This document shows, one piece after another, positions 1 to 11,674 of a stretch of 39,607 nt of DNA. Made by a program: the position numbers and the translations under genes. The notes under the pieces were generated by a model that worked only from the letters and a program-made list of their open reading frames with translations, was not told the DNA's origin and did not search any database. The first letter of the stretch is position 1; every line of letters starts with the position of its first letter. This DNA is from Octopus bimaculoides (taxonomy: Eukaryota), in assembly GCF_001194135.2 (NCBI RefSeq), contig NC_069000.1, positions 46,063,496 through 46,103,102 of the forward strand. The letters are read 5' to 3'.

Positions 1-1285
1 TATATATATATATAGGATTTGACTGCTTTGTTTTCATGTGTATAAACACGTTTCATTGCATATACCTATGCATACATACATACATGCATCCATACATGTA
101 TAAATATATATGTCTGTCGCACTGTCTTATTGTATTGACTGCTTTGTCTCCATTTATGTAAATATGTATTATTGGATATACTTATACATACATACATACA
201 TACATACATACATACATACATACATACATACATACATGTTGATATGTTTTATGTATATCCTCATATATAAGAGTATGTATATATATATGCACACATACGT
301 ACACGCTCACATACACATATATATTTTAATACATTCATGCACCAAATGCTTATGCTGAGACACACATGCGTCAGGAAATTAACTATATATATATTAACTA
401 TATATATTAACTATATATATATATTAACTATATATATATATATTTAAACTATATATATATATATTTAAACAAAATATTTTTATTCACTCAATTCCATTTA
501 TTTCAGAACTTAACTAAAAGTAACAAATATCAAAAAACACAATAAACTTGCAAATAATTAAACAAAAATCAAACGAAGAAACTAATTTAATAAAAAAAAA
601 AACTGAACAAAACAAATATACTTCTGAAATATTCTTCATTATTTTGTTACTTTAGAATTTCTTTTTTTCTCCTTCTTGCCCGCGTTTCTGTTTGTCTCTC
701 TCTCCCCGATAAATATTCTTTTAACTATGGCAATGTCGTTTTATATTTGTTCTTTCAACCGAAATAGTATTTTACTCTACCAAAACACTATTATTTGTTT
801 AACAGTTCTTTTAAATATTTATTATTTTTTTTATTCATTTTATTTATTTGTTCTTTCCAAAATAAACTTGTTTCATTCTTCGACTACATTTGCAGTATTT
901 CGCTTTTCATTTTCTATCGATTTTTCTTCTTTCCCTTCCGAAAGCAAAAGAATACATCTTTCTCAGTTTTTGGCAAACAAGAACAATACCAGGAATAACA
1001 ACAACAACAACAACAACAGCAACAGCAACAACAACAATAACAACAATATTTTAAAAAATAATTGGTGGATTGTATAATTTTAAAGCATGTCGTTTATAGT
1101 TTTGTGTATCATATTTAAGTTTTTCACTACACTATGTCCATTATCCACCAATTCTCATCATACATTCTAACTTGGTTTTCAAAACAGTCGATATGCATAT
1201 ATATGTATATATATATATATATATCTGTACGCGCGCGTGTGTATTTATGTAGGGTTTATTTATGTATATATATGTATGTATATGT

Positions 1286-1319
<34 letters not shown>

Positions 1320-1413
1320 ATATACATATATGTATGCATACACATATATGTGTGTTTATAAATATATATATGTATGTGTGTATATATATATATATACATA
1401 TAAATGTGTATGT

Positions 1414-1475
<62 letters not shown>

Positions 1476-1679
1476 CAACAAAAAGTCTCCATAGAATCGC
1501 AAGTATATTGTCTTAAAAAGAATGGCAAATTGAAAATATGGCTTTGGAAAATATTAAAACGAGGTCATTTTTGGTACATCTTTAGTTACAGATTTAAGGA
1601 ACCAAGACTGAACTTGGGTTATGTAATAACTACAATTCAGAAAGCTATAGTTACTACGGCGCCGGTGAAGGAGCCTCTC

Positions 1680-1880
1680 TATGTATTATAGACCTGCTAA
1701 ATGTAACAGCCAGAACCTACTCAAGCCACACACTACCGTCTTAATAGAGGGCACAGTAGAGAATATAATACGTGATGTCCTATTCTTGATGAAAAGTAAA
1801 CAATCGAGATAGTCGTGGCTGGAATGCTTTTGATCATAAATTTCTTAAATCAAGACTAACCTGAAGTAACACTACAGTTT
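1680..1880 (+). mobile_element. Degenerate interspersed repeat, probably the 3' half of an octopus SINE
   Basis: Motifs ttatagacctgcta...acagcca...taccgtctta...gtggctggaatgctttgatcata match a recalled octopus repeat 3' region. The family is not securely named. Confidence 0.4.
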
Positions 1881-2164
1881 CTACCCTGCCAATATGCTTT
1901 ATGTTACGAATCCATCATGATGTAAAACCTTGACTGTATTAGATATTTGATTTTTGTAAACCCTTAACATAAATTTAAGAGACAAAGGAAACAATTAAAA
2001 CTAGACCTGGTCCCATATTCAAGAAAAAAAAACTGAAAGAACCCTAAATAACTAGTACAAATGAAGATAACACGATAGAATGAACTACGTAAACATCACA
2101 ATAACAATGATTTTATCAAAATAGACACAAAAATCCCATCATCAGCAACTATGTTGGAAATCCT

Positions 2165-2640
2165 AACGGTTTCGACACCAAAGAGTACCATTCAATCCAA
2201 CAGTTTCTGCAGCGTCGTTTAGTCTGTTGCTGGGTTGATTATTATTGTTTTAGGCTTTGATTCGTTTCCAGTTACATGTACTGCAGGTTGTATATTTCTA
2301 AATGTATTTTTGTTAATAGCTTAGTTGGCGGTGTTGTTGGGCAGCTATTGATATTTTTATATTGTTCGTATTGAATAGCTTGTCGTATCTATGGTCTGTT
2401 GAAAAGTATTAGCTGATTATTTTTAGGAAATGTTTTACCACATTAATTGTTATGTTTTAGTTGAAAAGTGAATTAAACCAAGCAATGTTTCTATTTCTAG
2501 TTTTGTATAGCTCATGGTTCTTATGACTCTGTGTGCTTATGTGTTCATAATAGCTACTTTCGTAATATGTACTACATCCTTGCAATATTTTGCATAGTTC
2601 TGTATGCACAAACTTAACTATACACCTGTTCATTCTTATT
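2165..2640 (-). mobile_element. Penelope-like retroelement (PLE) relic, RT-to-GIY-YIG linker
   Basis: Minus strand reads TRNRNIAWFNSLFN*NITINVVKHFLKIIS*YFSTDHRYDKLFNTNNIKIS, like the PLE motif RKRxIIWFNPP(F/Y)SxNVxTNIGxxFLxLIDKHFPxxHKxHKIFNRNxIKVSY. Contains stops. Confidence 0.65.
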
Positions 2641-3615
2641 TATCATACATCTGAACGTATACCTGTTCATTTGAGTCCGATTTACTCAAAACTACAAAGA
2701 AAAACCACAAATGCTCAAATATAGCACAGCATTTAATACAGAATGTTTTGCACCATTTATTTGGATCTATACATCCCCTAGGTGCTTGAGTTTAATTCTA
2801 AAACATTTGTCACAAAAACTAGATGCCTGTCAAATATTTCTGTCGCTTTTCTCTTTCTTTCTACATCAGTCGCTTAATTCTGCCGCTAAAGGCACTTCTT
2901 TCCATTACTTCTTGCAATAGCTCTCTTCACTTGTACAGCTGTTCAATCATACCACTAGGGATATTTATAACCATGAATCCACTTTAAAGTCTAGCGTGTT
3001 TCCTGTTCGTTGAGATTATATCTGTTTAAAAATTGCTTCCACAAATATTAGAGAGACACTATCCAGTGGAAAATTTATATATCGCCCATTTTCGTTCCAT
3101 TTTTAAAAGAAAATTCTTCGTATGGTATTTTGTTTGTTTGTTCGTTTAACATATTTCTTTACTTCTTTACCAATCAGTAATGTGAACCATTTCCTATTCA
3201 GTTAGAAAAAAAAAATCTACAAAACTTATATTTATATACCACTCTAAATTTCTATCAATAACTTGAGATATTTGTTCCTTTAAGTATCAATCACGTAAAA
3301 ATAATAGAACCATATGTTGTATGTTCACGTATTGGAAGCCAGAATAATCATTATGTCAATGCTGAAGGTGGAAAAACTAAGAACTTCGTTTATCAAGAAG
3401 CCTTCCCTTGAAAATTGTTTGTCGATGACTTGCCAGAGGGAATGGATGATTTTTTTTTTTTTTTTTTTTTTGAATTGTGTGTCTGTAATAAAGAATGTAA
3501 ACGTTTCTGTGTTTCAAATAATAGATTTATGCAGATTTACCATGATTCTTTTTCAAGAATCTGACTACTGAGAGGATTGTTGCCAGGACAACGCCAAGTA
3601 TTCTGCTATAACAAA

Positions 3616-3649
<34 letters not shown>

Positions 3650-3918
3650 CATACGTACATACGTACATACATACATGCATACATACATGCACGCATATAT
3701 ACGTACTTACATATATACACACACTCACAAAAATACACTCAGACACACTCATGTATGGTTCTCTTCTATTTTTAATTATTTACTCTCTTCCTTTGAGGAA
3801 GGAAATGGCTTCTAACAAAAATACAAAGCTCCATCGTTGGAATGTGGATAACGAAAACAATGTATGTATGTATGTATGTATGTATGTATGTATGTATGTA
3901 TGTATGTACGTATGCATA

Positions 3919-3990
3919 AAGGCGCATGGCCTAGTGATTGGTGTGTTGCAATCAAGATCGCAGACCTCCGTGTTGAGTCTGAAGCCGTGT
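3919..3990 (+). mobile_element. Degenerate tRNA-derived SINE head
   Basis: aaggcgcatggcctagtgattgg resembles the head of the copy at 16615-16936 (gaaggcgcgtggcttagtggttagg) and follows a (TATG)n tract. Confidence 0.4.
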
Positions 3991-4171
3991 GAGAAGTCGA
4001 ATGGAGGCATAACGCCACCATCACCGGTGATCACTCCAAACACCACGATGTTGACTGGATATTTGATTTTTATCACTCTCGGTACATGTCCTCACATTGC
4101 ACTGTCCTCAAATTGACACCCAAACACTCTGAAATGTTCGTATTGGAGCTTCCGGTGCGAATGCCAAGCGG

Positions 4172-4348
4172 TACAGCATGTCGTTTCTAAATTTCTGGCA
4201 GAGTGAATTCGTCATGGTGCTGTTTTTCTCACAGACGGTGCCCAACTGACTCTACTATACTGTGTAGTCGACAAAATCAAAAACAAACAATGCACATGCG
4301 CGAAATTGAAAATATAAAATGGCTACAATTTACCCATCGCACCCTGTA
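4172..4348. mobile_element. Possible Tc1/mariner-type MITE
   Basis: Left end tacagcatgtcgtttctaaatt partly mirrors the reverse complement of the right end, tacagggtgcgatgggtaaatt. Both begin TACAG and have TAAATT at positions 17-22. Confidence 0.4.
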
Positions 4349-5271
4349 TATCTAAATGTGTACGAATGTGTGTGCATATATATATATGCATGCATGTCAT
4401 TAAATGTGTGAATTTATGTTTGGATTTATGCAACAGTACCAATACATATATTTGCACGTCTATATAGATGCTTTTATTATACACGAAACTTCTGCATTGT
4501 TTTACATATTTCGACAGGATCCTTAATAATTTTTAATTGCTATTTAACTAAACCTCTCTTCTTGTTTTATGAACCCTAGTTGCTCAGAATTGATTATATA
4601 ACAATAAACTACATAACAACGTTTCCCCAAACAATTACAGGTATAATACGAAGTCGTTGACTAGGAAATGTATCTACCGATTTCTTATTGATCAAACATT
4701 GATGCATCTTTTTCTGTAATCTTTAGCATCACTTTATGGTCTGCTGGACAACAGTTCTTTAATGCTATGCAAACATACTTTTCTCTGTCCTCAATCATTA
4801 TGTTTAGTCTGTTGCGCTTACAATTTTCAAAGGTTTTAGCAGGAATATTCCACCAGTATTCTTTTCTGTTATAAGTGCGCTTGTCCTCAGCATCAATGTA
4901 GCTTTATATATTTTGAGCTTCAAGTCTAAATGTGTTTCCGAATTTTGAAAATATATCGACGAGCGATTTTCAACATGTAATTTTCGAATTATTTACCAAT
5001 CGAGAAAAAACTGTTTTCAGTTTAGAAGCAAAATACTTCTTTTGGAAATTAGACATAATTGGCGTTGTTATCTTTATATGTATGTATGTACGTATGTATG
5101 TATGTATGTACGTATGTATGCATGCATGAATGTATGTTTGTATGTATGTATGTATGTATGTATGTATGTATGTACGTATGTATGCATGTATGTATGTGTG
5201 TATGTGTGCGCGAGCGTGTGTGTGAATGTTTGTATGCTTTTATATATATCCATATAATCACTCTTCTATAT

Positions 5272-5511
5272 CAGTGGTGTTCCAATACATTTTGACCATC
5301 GACTTCTTTCATTCCTATTTTATTCCACTGAACCTCCAAACCCATTCCATGCTTAAAAAAGCCTTTTATATTTTCATAATTATATATTATTAGGAATTTT
5401 GTGAGAAAAAAATTAAAATATTTTGTGCACCAATTTATTGCAGATAAATTTTAGCATCAAAATCTTAAATGGGCCCCCAAAGGTCAAGTGGACCCCGGTT
5501 GGGAACCCCTG
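5272..5511. mobile_element. hAT (Charlie-like) non-autonomous element / MITE
   Basis: Ends are CAGTGGTGTTCCAA and (reverse complement) CAGGGGTTCCCAACC. The 8-bp flanks ttctatat / gtctacat match 6/8 and fit the Charlie-type NTCTANAN target duplication. Confidence 0.68.
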
Positions 5512-5654
5512 GTCTACATGTGTGTAGCTGTGTGCACAAGTATACATGTGTGCAGGTATGGCTGTTATAACTTGTACAGAGCTGTATGTCTTGATTTATC
5601 TATGTGGTTTTGTATGCAACTATATGCCTATATGAAACCGTCGACGTTTAATAA

Positions 5655-5680
5655 TGTTCTCTTTAATTCTGTTTTTGCAG
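5655..5680 (+). promoter_or_regulatory. Candidate splice acceptor upstream of the start codon, implying a 5' UTR from 5681
   Basis: Pyrimidine tract ttctctttaattctgtttttgCAG ending at 5680. No transcript evidence. Confidence 0.4.
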
Positions 5681-6097
5681 ATGTCAACGGATTCGGTTGT
5701 CTGAAGTGAAAATGTCTGCCAGTTGCTGTGCAATCTGGAACACGCCATATCAGTTGTACAAATCTGTGGATGCGGTGACCTATTGAAGATCATACATGTC
5801 GTTAAGAAATCTTGTAGTCTGGTAGATATGAAAACCGTGTACAAATGAAACAATTACTCCACAGATAAACTGTATGATACATTTATATACACATACTCAA
5901 CAGATAAAAGTTATATACACGTGCACTACAGCTACAACATTCATATACACAAAACGAAGAAAAACAAATTATATTTTATGGATTAAAAGTATATACAAGA
6001 AAGTAACTCGAAATAAATTGAAAAGAGTACGAAAAAAAAACAAGGACAAAGAGTAAAAATTGTAAGGCAAAGGGAGTACACTAAAAAAAAAGGAACG

Positions 6098-6704
6098 ATG
6101 TCTTCAACTGTTATATTTGCCCGAAACAGCAATAACAACAACAACAATGCCGAACAGAAGACAAGTCTGTTGCGGACCGGAAGTGATAGTAGTTATGGGG
6201 CAGATGACTACGACCAAGACTGTTACTCAGACGAAGATGTGTTCGTCGATGAATGCAACGAAGACAATGCTTCCCTTTCAAAACCATTGATGCACGCCCG
6301 TTCTCGGTCGCGGGTCCGTCCTTGCTCTCGCTCCAAAGTGACCACACGCCGTCCACCCTGTCGATGTAGATATTTAGTTCGTCCCATCTGCTGTTTCCTA
6401 CTTCTGGTCAGTACTTTAAGTACATTAATGGTACTCGTCCTGTATATGGTGGGTTCCTTCTCCGGTGATTCCGACAATCTGAAGAAGAATGGTAAAGGGA
6501 GCTGGCAGTCGACGTCTGGTCAGTGGTCTTCTGCAAGTGACTATGGTTATCTGCCGTTTGACAAGAACGTAATTGGTTGTTCCAATGTTGAAGTGGAAGA
6601 TGTGTGGGTAGTAGGTTTGCCAAAACTCACCACCGAATCAGCAATACGCTTGGTTGACGTGAACTCCGACGGAGAGTTGGATATCATCTTTGGATTCGGA
6701 ACAG
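6098..6704 (+). CDS. FAM234B-like: Coding exon 1: cytosolic tail, TM helix, first propeller motif
   Basis: ATG at 6098. Encodes the acidic SDEDVFVDE stretch, hydrophobic [24 protein letters not shown] and [24 protein letters not shown]. Donor G|GTATGA at 6705, phase 1. Confidence 0.9.
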
Positions 6705-8136
6705 GTATGAACGACTTCTCATCATCCATTATTGTTGTTATTTTTACTACAATCACTTTCATACTACAAAAGCTATCACTACACAATTACAGCATCCCTA
6801 CTGTCACCAACACACCACAACCATCACCACAGCCCCCACCACACCCTTACTACCACCGCCACAGCTTTAGAGCATCGTAGCAGCTTCCACAACGATGCCT
6901 ACACCATTCCAACTCCATCTACACCACGACAGACATCACAACCACACCACCACCGCCGTCAGCACCACCACAACCACCACCACCACTATCGCCAATGCCA
7001 GTACCAGCACTAGCACCACAACTACCAGCATCAACACTATCACCTCCACACCACTAGTATCAATACTACTACCACCACCAGCCCCACCACCACCACCACC
7101 ACCACCACCACTGCTGCTTTTGTTACTTCACCCACGACGACGAGAGACAGTTTCAGTATGGCTCTGAGGTCTTCGGGAGTGATGAGGACCCGTACGCAGT
7201 TACGCCCCACCCCCTCCAGCCCACACATCACATTTAGTTAATTCAGCAGTGAGATTATGACCGCACAATGCCACAGAGATGACGACACATTACAGTTTAA
7301 CTCAAAACACTTAATGTAATAATGTCATCTCAGTCGTCTTAAGTTTGACAGTTCTGGGAACGCTGTACTTCACTGAAGAGCTCCGATGAAAGCAAAAGAT
7401 GCCCATTGCTGTCAACATAGCAGTAAAAACCAGAGTCATTCTTCACAACGTTCAGTTTCAAAATTTATTTATTCCGATGTTGTCTCCCTTGCTTTATTTG
7501 AGCAGAATTAATCATTAAGCTAATTAATTTTTCATCTCATACAGGTGTAGCTTTAATTAATTAGAAATTTCTTGGTTCACGATATTAGACATGTTCGCAT
7601 CAAATTTAATATTTGTTTATAACGTAATAATTGAAATTCACAATGAATCATCCAACTGCGTAATATTCCACTATAATTAGTCTTTGGAGAAAATTAAATG
7701 AGACACCATATGGTAGAGGAATAAGAAAATATTCTCAAATCTTCTTCAAAATCAATTTTTGAGGTTATAAGACCCAGGGAGAGGACATGTTTCTAATAAT
7801 GCCGATATCGCTACTTCAACCACAACACGTCTCGTCAGCCATGGCGTAATTATAGCCACAGATGTTTGCTCTCCTCTTCTCTCGTTCAGCCAGAGTTTCA
7901 TACATCAGTTATTAACCAACGTTAATCAACGAATGCTGAAGATTTGGTAATTAATGTTCTGGGATAATTAAGTAACACACAACAGAAAGTATAGAAACTA
8001 ATTAAATATTACTGAATGAAATATTATTAATTAGTTTTATAGAAGAGTTTAAAAAAAAGTTTAATGTAGATTGTTTCACTGGTTACTATATCGGTCTGTA
8101 TACGCACGAGCATGTCCACGTACACATATACTCGCA

Positions 8137-8177
<41 letters not shown>

Positions 8178-9181
8178 CGCTTATTATAAACGCATATGTA
8201 TATGCATGTGTGCATGCGTGCATGTGTGTAGACAAAATGAATTATAAAACAATTGAAGACATATTTTAAAGTAAAAAATAAATAAATGAATAATTTTAAA
8301 AGGACACACACCGAGTATATTTCTAAGAAAGTGGTTGCATTCTTGGAAACATAACCAGAACAGTCGTTAGTCGCAAAGAAATGACATTCGATTGCGTCCA
8401 AATTATATTTACCTCGGCCAATAAAGCCATACATATAAGTATACTGCATGAAGAACTTAAGCGTGCTGCTCGAAAGCGCGCTGCTGGTGTAGTGAATGGG
8501 GAAAGCTTGGTTTGTAATGTTTGCAGTCGTGTATACTTGTCAAGAGCGGGGCTCATTAACCACCAACGGAGCCACAAATGCAAGATATAAGTCACTCCTG
8601 GAGCACACACTGTTCCTAAAAGTCAGCAATGGTCTTCTTCAGTCCTGAGTGGAAGGCCATCATATATGCTGAACGCATGTATAGACGCATGATTTGTAAG
8701 TGTTTTAATTTGTTAACCTCTATCCTTATTCGCCCCACAGGTGTTGATGGCAAGAATATTCCGGAAGTGGTGTGTAAAATCTACTTCAACAATACGTTCC
8801 CATGTTTCGGGGGTGTGATGGCTTTGGAAGGACAAACGGGCAAGGAGCTCTGGAGGCACTACAGTAACCATGAGGTGTATGGTTTAAACTGTAACTCAGA
8901 TTTAAATGGGGACAATATCCCGGATTGTTTGGCTGGTGGTCGCGCCGGGGTACGTATACCCTTACTTCTATTCATGTTGATCTTTTTTTTCTACTGTTGT
9001 TATTTCATTTTACTCTAAGCACAAGGCTTGAAATTCCGCCGAGGTCGACTTTTCCTTTCGTCTTTTTCGGGGTCGATGAAATAAGTACCATTTGAGTACT
9101 GGGGTCGACGTAATCGACTAACCCCAACATCAAAATTTCAGGCCTTGTGCCTATAATAGAAAGGATTATTATTATTATTAC

Positions 9182-9230
<49 letters not shown>

Positions 9231-10965
9231 GCTGTTATTGTTGTTGTTGTTATTAATGCTGTTGCTCTTGTTGATGATGCTGATGCTGGTAACATACTGT
9301 CCCCTCCCCCGCCATCAAAACGATCCCTGTTTTAACATCCAACTTTCATCTTTTCTCCTCCAGGTGTTCCAAGTGATCAGCGGTCGAGACGGAACCCTAA
9401 TTTGGGACTTTGGTCACCAAAAGGCCAAAAACGGAATAATGAACCTCTACACAGCCCAGTTCATCCGTGACCTCGATGGTGATGGGGTTTTAGACGTGCT
9501 GGCTGTCCACGGCGGTGACCCATTGCAGCACCCGAGTATGTGACGTCATCTACCTTTTAAAAAGCCAAACAATAACAACTGATGCACTTTAATGGGCTCT
9601 CTCTCTCTCTCGTAGTAGTAGTAGTAGTAGTAGTAGTAGTTATTGTTATTGTCTGTGGTGGTGGTGGTGGTGGTGGTGGTGGACATCGTCGTCGTCCTCG
9701 TGGTGATCGCGGTCAGTATTGGTCTGTCTGTGATAGAGCAAATCTATGTTCTATAACAGATAGACATCGCACCGTGACCATCGCGTCTTTTAAGGGCACT
9801 TGTAAAAGCTACGTTGCAGTGGCACGTGGCTTTGCGGTTAAAGTTGGGCTCACAATTGTTAAATCGCGGTTTCGTTTCTCGAGTCGAGCTGTATGGTGCT
9901 GTTGCCGTTATTATTGGGAGCCAAGGTCATCCATGAGAGAATAGATTTAGGATCAAAGACAGTCCAGCCGTAACAATTATGTTATTTTTATAGGTTTTAT
10001 CTAAGATAACATTGTGAAGGCGTGTATTCGTGTGGTTTAGGTGTTCACTTCACAATGGACAGGTGGTCGCTTCGTCTCATGGGTCAGGCAGTATGCTGTT
10101 GGTCAACCTTGATCATCTATGATAGAGTAGATCCATGATCAAAGACGTTCTATCTGTGACTGTCACGTCTTTTTGTGTGGGTTGTATCTTTAAGCAAGTC
10201 ACTTCCTTTCAACTTGCTGAAAAAAAAACAGTGTCAGTCGCACATAAGAGTCAAACCTGCGAAGGTGTATCTTCTACTCTTAGGTCAAACGCCTTGAAAA
10301 TCCAAATAATTTCTTGTGGCCTCCTGGATCTGTAGGCTTGAGATAGAGTTTAAGTAAGACCAAATATCCAGTGTGTACTTCACTTTTTAAGGTGGTAGGA
10401 AACGTTCAAGGAAAATATGACTGCTACTTTTAGCAGTTCCACAGACTGCATAGAGACACTCTGGTTAAATCTTTGAGAGTTTGGTTGTCTATAAGAGGCA
10501 AATAACTATAGCGTTACTTTGAGAAAATTATGGTTTTTCAAGAACATTTACAGACAATTTAATCTAGTTGCTTAATGGCGTTAAAATATGCCAAAGTTTC
10601 AAAAGATTACAATAGAATTGAACTTATTGCTGTCCACGGAGTAACAAAAGAGTTTTGTCTTTTAGTTCAGAAATCGATAAAGTTATATTAAAATAAATTG
10701 AAAGAGAAAAAGAAAGAGGGAGATGAGTATACATGTGTGTGTGTGCGTGTACGTGTGTGTGTGCGTGTACGTGTGTGTGTGCGTGTACGTGTGTGTGTGT
10801 GTGTGTGTGTGTGTGAGAGTGAATGTGCAGGAGTTTTGCTTTTTGTTTGGCGACCAAATATCCTGTCTGTGGCAAAAAGAATGCTTCTTGTATCGAAGAA
10901 AATTGTAAGAAACAAAAGAGATGTCAAACCTACATTAATATAATGTGACAGACGGAAACATAGTG

Positions 10966-11020
<55 letters not shown>

Positions 11021-11309
11021 GAGGAGGAGGATAGGGAGAGAGGTGGAGTAGGTGCATCATTGTAAAAGACAACCCACATACTACAGATGACTATTCAGAA
11101 CCAAACACTAAAATCAATTGTGTGATCTTCACGTTTGGCTTTTAAATGAATGTTTGGTGGGAGAAGATCTGGCGATGGGATAGTTGTGTTTTGACATCGA
11201 TCATGAGAAAAATGCCGGACAAACATAATAGTTGATCACGAGTTCAATCCCTTAGCAAACCCTAAAAGACGTTAAACTCGGGCTTTTTAATATTCGGCTC
11301 TAACACACA

Positions 11310-11349
<40 letters not shown>

Positions 11350-11628
11350 AACGTACACTCGCACGCACGCACGCACGCACGCATGTACAAGAAGGCCCCA
11401 CATTCACGAATGTTGAGAGAGTAAACGAATCACTATCGACCTCGCCGATGAGCATTGGCCAATCAGCGACGCCAGATTATATATATANNNNNNNNNNNNN
11501 NNNNNNNNNNNNNNNNNNNNNNNNNNNNNNNNNNNNNNNNNNNNNNNNNNNNNNNNNNNNNNNNNNNNNNNNNNNNNNNNNNNNNNNNNNNNNNNNNNNN
11601 NNNNNNNNNNNNNNNNNNNNNNNNNNNN

Positions 11629-11674
<46 letters not shown>

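Noticed and set aside
676-1077. 133-aa ORF with poly-Asn
   Set aside because: Non-ATG start, AT-biased Phe/Ile/Leu composition and an (AAC)n tract; no domain.
4685-4903. 72-codon stop-free minus-strand frame (SYIDAEDKRTYNRKEYWWNIPAK...)
   Set aside because: No start codon, no convincing splice sites and no motif I recognise; a few frames this long are expected by chance in 40 kb. A tblastx hit would reopen it.
6705-6880. Read-through of the exon 1 ORF to 260 aa
   Set aside because: After the GT at 6705 the frame becomes low-complexity, while splicing to 8741 continues the propeller in phase.
7373-7410. Possible hammerhead ribozyme core (CTGAAGA...GAAA)
   Set aside because: Stem II is essentially absent, the cleavage-site base would be G rather than H, and stem I does not pair.
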